Below the pieces are notes generated by a model, which saw only the letters and a program-made list of their open reading frames with translations, had not been told where the DNA came from and ran no database searches. From positions 19,061 through 83,060 of the forward strand of contig JAQTXH010000002.1 of NCBI GenBank assembly GCA_028688905.1: a stretch of DNA of 64,000 nt, in the 5' to 3' direction. The translations under genes were made by a program, and so were the position numbers. Shown here piece by piece: positions 58,691 to 64,000 of this stretch (its first letter is position 1; every line of letters starts with the position of its first letter). The DNA comes from Acidiphilium sp. Its GTDB lineage: Bacteria > Pseudomonadota > Alphaproteobacteria > Acetobacterales > Acetobacteraceae.

Positions 58691-59731
58691 ATGCGCGAGG
58701 AGGTTCTGGCCAGTGTTCTGGCCAATCCAGGTGTCGAGCCGACGCTCGCGATCTGGGGCTGGCAGATTGCGACCTATCTGTTTCTCGGTGGTCTCGCCGC
58801 CGGGTTGATGGTGTTTTCCGGCTGGACGGTGCTGAGTGGGCGCGCGGCGCGCACACCCTTCGCCGCCAATCGCGCCCCGCTGATCGGGCTGGTGCTGCTC
58901 GGAGTAGGCATGGGAACGTTGTTTCTCGATCTGGAGCGCAAGATCAACGTCTGGCGGTTCTACGCGTTCCTGCACGAGACCTCGCCGATGTCATGGGGGG
59001 CGTGGATTCTGATTTTGGTGTTCCCGGTGCTCGCCCTGCTGGCTCTGGCCGGGCTGCCGGCGGGGTTCCCCTGGTTGGCCGGGAAACTGGGTCGTCTGCC
59101 GATCATCGGTCCGCGTGCCGTCACGCCGCTGATCGGGCTGTGCGGCAGGGTGCGGCGACCGCTGGCGTTTCTGGGGATCGCGCTCGGCATCGGGCTCGGC
59201 ATCTATACCGGGGTGCTGCTGTCGAGCTTCAATGCGCGGCCGTTCTGGCATTCGGCGCTGCTCGGTCCGCTGTTTCTGGTCTCCGGCCTGTCGACCGGCG
59301 CGGCGCTGATGATCCTGGGCGCCGGCACGAAGGAGGAGCGGCATCTGTTCGGCCGGATCGACCTCGGCCTGATCGTGGCCGAACTCGCGCTGATCTTTCT
59401 GTTCGTGATCGACATGCTGAACGGTGACGCGTTGCAGCGGAGCGCGGTGGCGCATGTGCTCGGCGGGTCCGAGACGCAATTGTTCTGGATCGGGTTCATC
59501 GGCCTCGGCCTCGCGATACCACTGGTGCTGGAGGCCGCGATGTGGTGGCGCTCGATGACGCCGATCGCAGGTGCTGCGTCGGTCCTGGTGCTGCTCGGTG
59601 GCTTTCTGCTGCGCGACGTCATGGTAACCACCGGCCAGCAGACCACCTGGACCAGCTTCAACAATCAGTTCAACCCCGGATTGCTCGCCAGACTGCGCAC
59701 CGATGGCGAAAATCCGAACGGACGTTTTTAG
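58691..59731 (+). CDS. psrC: NrfD/PsrC-family membrane anchor
   Basis: WGWQIATYLFLGGLAAG, LFLDLE, SPMSWGAW, YTGVLLS...RPFWH..LLGPLFLVSGLSTG and GGFLLR. Confidence 0.92.
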   Translation: MREEVLASVLANPGVEPTLAIWGWQIATYLFLGGLAAGLMVFSGWTVLSGRAARTPFAANRAPLIGLVLLGVGMGTLFLDLERKINVWRFYAFLHETSPMSWGAWILILVFPVLALLALAGLPAGFPWLAGKLGRLPIIGPRAVTPLIGLCGRVRRPLAFLGIALGIGLGIYTGVLLSSFNARPFWHSALLGPLFLVSGLSTGAALMILGAGTKEERHLFGRIDLGLIVAELALIFLFVIDMLNGDALQRSAVAHVLGGSETQLFWIGFIGLGLAIPLVLEAAMWWRSMTPIAGAASVLVLLGGFLLRDVMVTTGQQTTWTSFNNQFNPGLLARLRTDGENPNGRF

Positions 59732-59741
59732 GAGACGACCG

Positions 59742-60410
59742 ATGCAACGCACAAAGCTCTCCCGCACCCGGATCTCCGGCCTCGCGCTGGCTCTCGGTGC
59801 GATTCCCGCCCTGCCGATGGCGATCCCGGCGCTCTCGCCGCTCGGCGTCGCCCGCGCCGATGCCCAAGACGCGGCGACGCTGCAAACCATGGCCCAGGCG
59901 GTCGCGCGCGGGGAGACCCTGGTGACACCACACCATCTGCAAGGGCTGATCCTGGCGAAACGGCGCGATTTCACCCTGATCGACCTGCGCGCCCCGGGCG
60001 ATTTCGCCGCCGCCCATATCCAGGGTGCCACCAACATGCCGCTCCCCAAACTGCTCGAATCGGCGGAAATCGTGAAACTGCGCCGGATGCCGCAGGTCAT
60101 CGTGTACTCCACCACGACCGACGAAGCGGCCCAGGGCGTGGTGCTGCTGCGCCTGTCCGGCGTGGCGGCGATGGCGCTGGAGGGCGGGCTGCTCGCCTGG
60201 TCGCACATGGTCACGGCGGCATCGACACCGCAGACCGCCGCGATCGTGCGCGCCCTGAACGATTGCCCGCAACCGGCACCGGCGGTCATCCCCGCGCTCG
60301 GCAGCATCGTGCCGGCAAGCGCCACCACACCCGCCGTGTCGCCGGTGCCAGCGCCGCCCACCAAGCCGAAACCAAAAACCCCCATTAATCTGAACGCCAT
60401 GTGCGGTTAG
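59742..60410 (+). CDS. Exported rhodanese-fold protein lacking the catalytic Cys, with Pro-rich arm and C-terminal MCG
   Basis: LIDLRAPGDFAAAHIQGA, VIVYSTTT (Ser at the usual Cys position) and LEGGLLAW; start 59742 after AGGAG. Confidence 0.82.
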   Translation: MQRTKLSRTRISGLALALGAIPALPMAIPALSPLGVARADAQDAATLQTMAQAVARGETLVTPHHLQGLILAKRRDFTLIDLRAPGDFAAAHIQGATNMPLPKLLESAEIVKLRRMPQVIVYSTTTDEAAQGVVLLRLSGVAAMALEGGLLAWSHMVTAASTPQTAAIVRALNDCPQPAPAVIPALGSIVPASATTPAVSPVPAPPTKPKPKTPINLNAMCG

Positions 60411-60856
60411 ATTTCTGGCGGCAACACCGGCAGGTGGTGTGCGGCGCGTTGGGCAAAGGCTTCGATGGTGCGGTTAAGCATGATCGGCGCGATTCTTTCG
60501 GCAATCCGCTCGAATACCGCCGTGCGGAAACTAAGGTCGAAATCCGCGCGCACGGCGGTGCTGGTCGGGCACAGGCTGCGCAATTGCCAGACCAGGCGGA
60601 ATTTGCGGAACGGCGATTGAGAGGAACTGATTTGCAGCCGATGTGGCGGGTCGAGTTCCGCGACCGAGCGGAATTGCAGGGATAATCCGGCGAGGCTGAC
60701 GACCTGTTCAACCTCGAGATGCTGCGGCGCGCGCTGATCGATCCGCGCGGCCTGCCAGCCCGGCATGTAGAGCGGGTAGGATTCGATGTCCGCGATCAGG
60801 GCGAATAATGGGGCGATCGGATAGGCGAAGACGCGCTCGACGTGATGCGTCGTCAT
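60407..60856 (-). CDS. Coq10/RatA-like START (SRPBCC) domain protein
   Basis: LFALIADIESYPLYMPGW, SQSPFRKFRLVW and MLNRTIEAFAQRA. Confidence 0.85.
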   Translation of the reverse strand: MTTHHVERVFAYPIAPLFALIADIESYPLYMPGWQAARIDQRAPQHLEVEQVVSLAGLSLQFRSVAELDPPHRLQISSSQSPFRKFRLVWQLRSLCPTSTAVRADFDLSFRTAVFERIAERIAPIMLNRTIEAFAQRAAHHLPVLPPEI

Positions 60857-60945
60857 GCCGGCGCGTGGGCGGCGTGCGGGAGATCCGAGCGTGACAATCG
60901 AACAACCACGATGGTGGCATCAATCCAAAAAATACCGCACTGCCC

Positions 60946-60959
60946 TTGATCCATATCAA
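60946..60959. promoter_or_regulatory. FNR/FixK box upstream of the hydrogenase genes
   Basis: Perfect TTGAT-ccat-ATCAA; TATAAT at 61012-61017 would place it near -71.5 (class I). Confidence 0.75.
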
Positions 60960-61067
60960 TGCAATAGGCGGCATATTTGTTATGGGAACAAGGCGTTTGG
61001 ACGATCGTCACTATAATTTGTCGCGATAATCCTTTGCCCGTCGAGGGCAACAGACGGGGGAACGATA

Positions 61068-62189
61068 ATGGGCGCGGAGAGCCAGACTTTTTACCAGTTG
61101 ATGCGCGCTCAGGGTACTAGTCGGCGTTCGTTTCTCAAATTTTGCAGCCTGACCGCCGCCGCCCTCGGGCTGGAGCCGGTCTATGCCGCGCAGATCGCCC
61201 ACGCCATGGAAACCAAGCCGCGGATTCCGGTGCTCTGGATGCATGGGCTGGAATGCACGTGCTGTTCGGAATCCTTCATCCGTTCGGGGCATCCGCTGGC
61301 CAAGGATGTCATCCTGAAAATGATCTCGCTCGATTACGACGACACGCTGATGGCCGCCGCCGGGTACCAGGCCGAGGCGATTCTCGACGAAATCCCGAAA
61401 AAATACCCGGGCGAATATATTCTCGCGGTCGAGGGCAATCCGCCGCTCAACGAGGATGGCATGTATTGCATCGTCGGCGGCAGGCCGTTCGTCGACAAGC
61501 TCAAGGCGGTGGCGGCGAATGCCAAGGCGGTGATCGCCTGGGGTGCCTGCGCCTCCTGGGGCTGCGTGCAGGCGGCGCGGCCCAACCCGACGCAAGCGAC
61601 GCCGATCGACAAGGTGATCACCGACAAGCCGATCATCAAGGTGCCGGGCTGCCCGCCGATCGCCGAGGTGATGACCGGGGTGATCAGCTACATGATCACC
61701 TTCGGGCGCATCCCCGATCTGGACAGTCGCGGCCGGCCCCTGATGTTCTACGGCCAGCGGATTCACGACAAATGCTATCGCAGGCCGCATTTCGACGCCG
61801 GCGAGTTCGTCGAGACCTGGGACGATCAGGGGGCGCGCGAGGGCTACTGCCTCTATAAAATGGGTTGTCGGGGGCCGACCACCTATAACGCGTGCTCGAC
61901 GGTGCGCTGGAACGGCGGGGTGTCGTTTCCAATCCAGGCCGGCCACGGCTGCATCGGCTGCTCGGAAGACAATTTCTGGGACAATGGCCCGTTCTACCAG
62001 CCGCTGTCGCATGTCGGTGCCGGGTTCGGGGTCGAGGCGAGTGCCGACGAAATCGGCGCGGCGGCGGCGGGCGTGGTCGGTGCCGGCGTGCTCGCCCATG
62101 CCGGGGCCAGCGCGATCAAGCATTGGCAGAAAATCAAGCCGAAACCGAAGTCTGACGACCATCCGCCGCATGAGGGAGACCGGCCATGA
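61068..62189 (+). CDS. hupS: Membrane-bound [NiFe]-hydrogenase small subunit, O2-tolerant group 1d
   Basis: Tat SRRSFLK; ECTCCSES and GACASWGC (supernumerary Cys19/Cys120 positions); [12 protein letters not shown]; C-terminal TM. Confidence 0.96.
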   Translation: MGAESQTFYQLMRAQGTSRRSFLKFCSLTAAALGLEPVYAAQIAHAMETKPRIPVLWMHGLECTCCSESFIRSGHPLAKDVILKMISLDYDDTLMAAAGYQAEAILDEIPKKYPGEYILAVEGNPPLNEDGMYCIVGGRPFVDKLKAVAANAKAVIAWGACASWGCVQAARPNPTQATPIDKVITDKPIIKVPGCPPIAEVMTGVISYMITFGRIPDLDSRGRPLMFYGQRIHDKCYRRPHFDAGEFVETWDDQGAREGYCLYKMGCRGPTTYNACSTVRWNGGVSFPIQAGHGCIGCSEDNFWDNGPFYQPLSHVGAGFGVEASADEIGAAAAGVVGAGVLAHAGASAIKHWQKIKPKPKSDDHPPHEGDRP

Positions 62190-63982
62190 CGACCGTCACC
62201 ACGCCGAACGGCTTCAGCCTCAATAACAGCGGACGGCGCATGGTGGTCGATCCGATCACGCGGATCGAGGGGCATCTGCGCTGCGAGGTCAATCTCGACC
62301 AGAATAACGTCATCCGCAACGCGGTGTCGTCGGGCACCATGTGGCGCGGCCTCGAGGTGATTTTGAAGGGCCGCGATCCGCGTGATGCCTGGGCTTTTTG
62401 CGAACGCATCTGCGGTGTGTGTACCGGCATCCACGCGCTGGCCTCGGTGCGGGCGGTGGAGGATGCGCTCGCCATCACGATTCCGGAAAACGCCAACACC
62501 ATTCGCAACATCATGCTGGCGACGCAATGGGCGCAGGATCATCTGGTGCATTTCTATCATCTGCACGCGCTCGACTGGGTCGATGTGATCAGCGCGCTGA
62601 AGGCCGATCCGAAAGCGACCAGCACGCTCGCGCAGAGCATCTCGCCGTGGCCGAATTCCTCGCCGGGCTATTTTCGCGATGTGCAGACGAGGCTGAAAAA
62701 ATTCGTCGATTCGGGTCAATTGGGTCCGTTCATGAACGGCTACTGGGGTAATCCGGCGTATCTGCTGCCACCGGAAGCCAATCTGATGGCGGTGACGCAT
62801 TATCTCGAGGCGCTCGATTTTCAGCGCGAAATCGTGAAAATCCACACCGTGTTCGGCGGCAAGAACCCGCATCCGAACTGGCTGGTCGGCGGCATGGCCT
62901 GCGCGATCAATCTCGACGGCCCGCTCGCCGCCGGCGCGCCGGTGAACATGGTGCAGCTCAATCTGGTATCCTCGATCATCGACCGCACGATCGACTTCAT
63001 CGATCAGGTCTATGTTCCCGATCTGATCGCCATTGCGACCTATTACAAACACTGGGATTACGGCGGCGGCCTCGCCGGGCGGAATCTGATGTCCTATGGC
63101 GATTACCCGGTCGCCGCCAACAACTGGTCGGACGCCAATCTGCTGATCCCGCGCGGGGCGATCATCAACGGCAAGCTCGACGAGATCATGGAGATCGACC
63201 TGCGCGACCCCAGCCAGGTGCAGGAGTTCGTCGATCATTCCTGGTATCGCTACCCCGACGAGGCGATCGGGCTGCACCCCTGGGCCGGCATCACCGATCC
63301 CAATTTCGAGCTCGGCCCCCACACGGTCGGCACCAAAACCGACATCAAGCAACTCGATGAAGGTGCCAAATATTCCTTCATCAAAGCCCCCCGCTGGCGC
63401 GGCCACGCGATGGAGGTCGGCCCGCTGTCGCGCTTCACTTTAGGCTACGCCAAGGGGATTGCGGAGTTCAAGGAGCCGGTCGACAAGGTGCTGACCGATC
63501 TCGGCCTGCCGCTCGGTGCCTTGTTCACCACGCTCGGCCGCACCGCCGCGCGCGGGCTGGAAGCCTCCTGGGCCGCGCACAAGATGCGCTTCTTCCACGA
63601 CCGGCTGATGGAAAACCTGCGCGCGGGCGATCTGGTCACCGCGAACACCGAAAAATGGGAACCGGCGACCTGGCCGGCCGAGGCCCGCGGCATCGGGCAT
63701 GTCGAGGCACCGCGCGGCGCGCTCGGCCATTGGGTGCATATCAAGGATCGCAAGATCGAAGCCTATCAGGCCGTGGTGCCGACCACCTGGAACGGCTCCC
63801 CGCGTGATCCGGCCGGCAATATCGGCGCGTTCGAGGCGGCACTGCTGAACACCCCGCTCGCGGACTCCAGCCAGCCGCTGGAAATTTTGCGCACGCTACA
63901 CAGTTTCGATCCCTGCCTCGCCTGTGCCACCCATGTGATCGCGCCCGATGGCAGCGAACTGGTGCGCGCCGACGTGCTTTAG
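62186..63982 (+). CDS. hupL: [NiFe]-hydrogenase large subunit
   Basis: [39 protein letters not shown] and a cleavable C-terminal extension. Confidence 0.98.
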   Translation: MTTVTTPNGFSLNNSGRRMVVDPITRIEGHLRCEVNLDQNNVIRNAVSSGTMWRGLEVILKGRDPRDAWAFCERICGVCTGIHALASVRAVEDALAITIPENANTIRNIMLATQWAQDHLVHFYHLHALDWVDVISALKADPKATSTLAQSISPWPNSSPGYFRDVQTRLKKFVDSGQLGPFMNGYWGNPAYLLPPEANLMAVTHYLEALDFQREIVKIHTVFGGKNPHPNWLVGGMACAINLDGPLAAGAPVNMVQLNLVSSIIDRTIDFIDQVYVPDLIAIATYYKHWDYGGGLAGRNLMSYGDYPVAANNWSDANLLIPRGAIINGKLDEIMEIDLRDPSQVQEFVDHSWYRYPDEAIGLHPWAGITDPNFELGPHTVGTKTDIKQLDEGAKYSFIKAPRWRGHAMEVGPLSRFTLGYAKGIAEFKEPVDKVLTDLGLPLGALFTTLGRTAARGLEASWAAHKMRFFHDRLMENLRAGDLVTANTEKWEPATWPAEARGIGHVEAPRGALGHWVHIKDRKIEAYQAVVPTTWNGSPRDPAGNIGAFEAALLNTPLADSSQPLEILRTLHSFDPCLACATHVIAPDGSELVRADVL

Positions 63983-64000
63983 GTCAATTTCCGGGAAACA

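Noticed and set aside
60407-60856. RatA toxin of a toxin-antitoxin pair
   Set aside because: No ratB/RnfH-like partner or smpB is adjacent; the respiratory context favours a Coq10-like role.

Overview
High-GC alphaproteobacterial chromosome segment. Gene order and an AT-rich intergenic repeat suggest Acetobacteraceae (Acidiphilium-like); this is an inference. There are four blocks. (1) 1-12.5 kb is an amide/urea catabolic island: ureDABCE, formamidase fmdA/fmdB and aliphatic amidase amiE. It is organised around a hybrid histidine kinase whose input is a whole NCS1/purine-cytosine-permease-like transporter domain plus a Cys8-His module, its REC-LuxR regulator, and a stand-alone paralog of the same transporter. 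(2) 12.6-32 kb is conserved core: carD, fdxA, S4 protein, Suv3-like helicase, aminopeptidase P, DUF1127, prmA, uvrD, metF, mlaAC, rimP-nusA-ylxR-infB-rbfA and sua5. (3) 32-52.7 kb is an accessory mosaic: an XRE-led Ehr complex (hydrogenase-4-like but lacking Ni ligands), VIT1 plus a P1B-5 ATPase, two secreted Tyr-rich poly-Asp peptides (one missing from the ORF track), an FNR-box-led DUF302/SHOCT/TlpA operon, an RsbQ-PAS kinase module, and a cNMP-MscS/Nramp-related Mg-transporter cassette. A family of TAGAG...CTCTA hairpin repeats punctuates this block. (4) 52.7-64 kb is a sulfur/hydrogen cluster. A periplasmic rhodanese, a split YeeE, an NPCAP two-Cys secreted peptide and a His-rich unknown protein are transcribed divergently from a Tat-exported PsrABC-like molybdoenzyme and a Cys-tailed pseudo-rhodanese. 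A Coq10-like gene and an O2-tolerant group 1d [NiFe]-hydrogenase follow, with FNR boxes before psr and hyd. I saw no tRNA, rRNA, CRISPR array, integrase or transposase. The best candidates for undescribed systems are the transporter-kinase amide sensor, the NPCAP peptide/His-enzyme pair, and the FNR-coupled H2-to-sulfur respiratory module. All family assignments come from motif recognition by eye; no searches were run.
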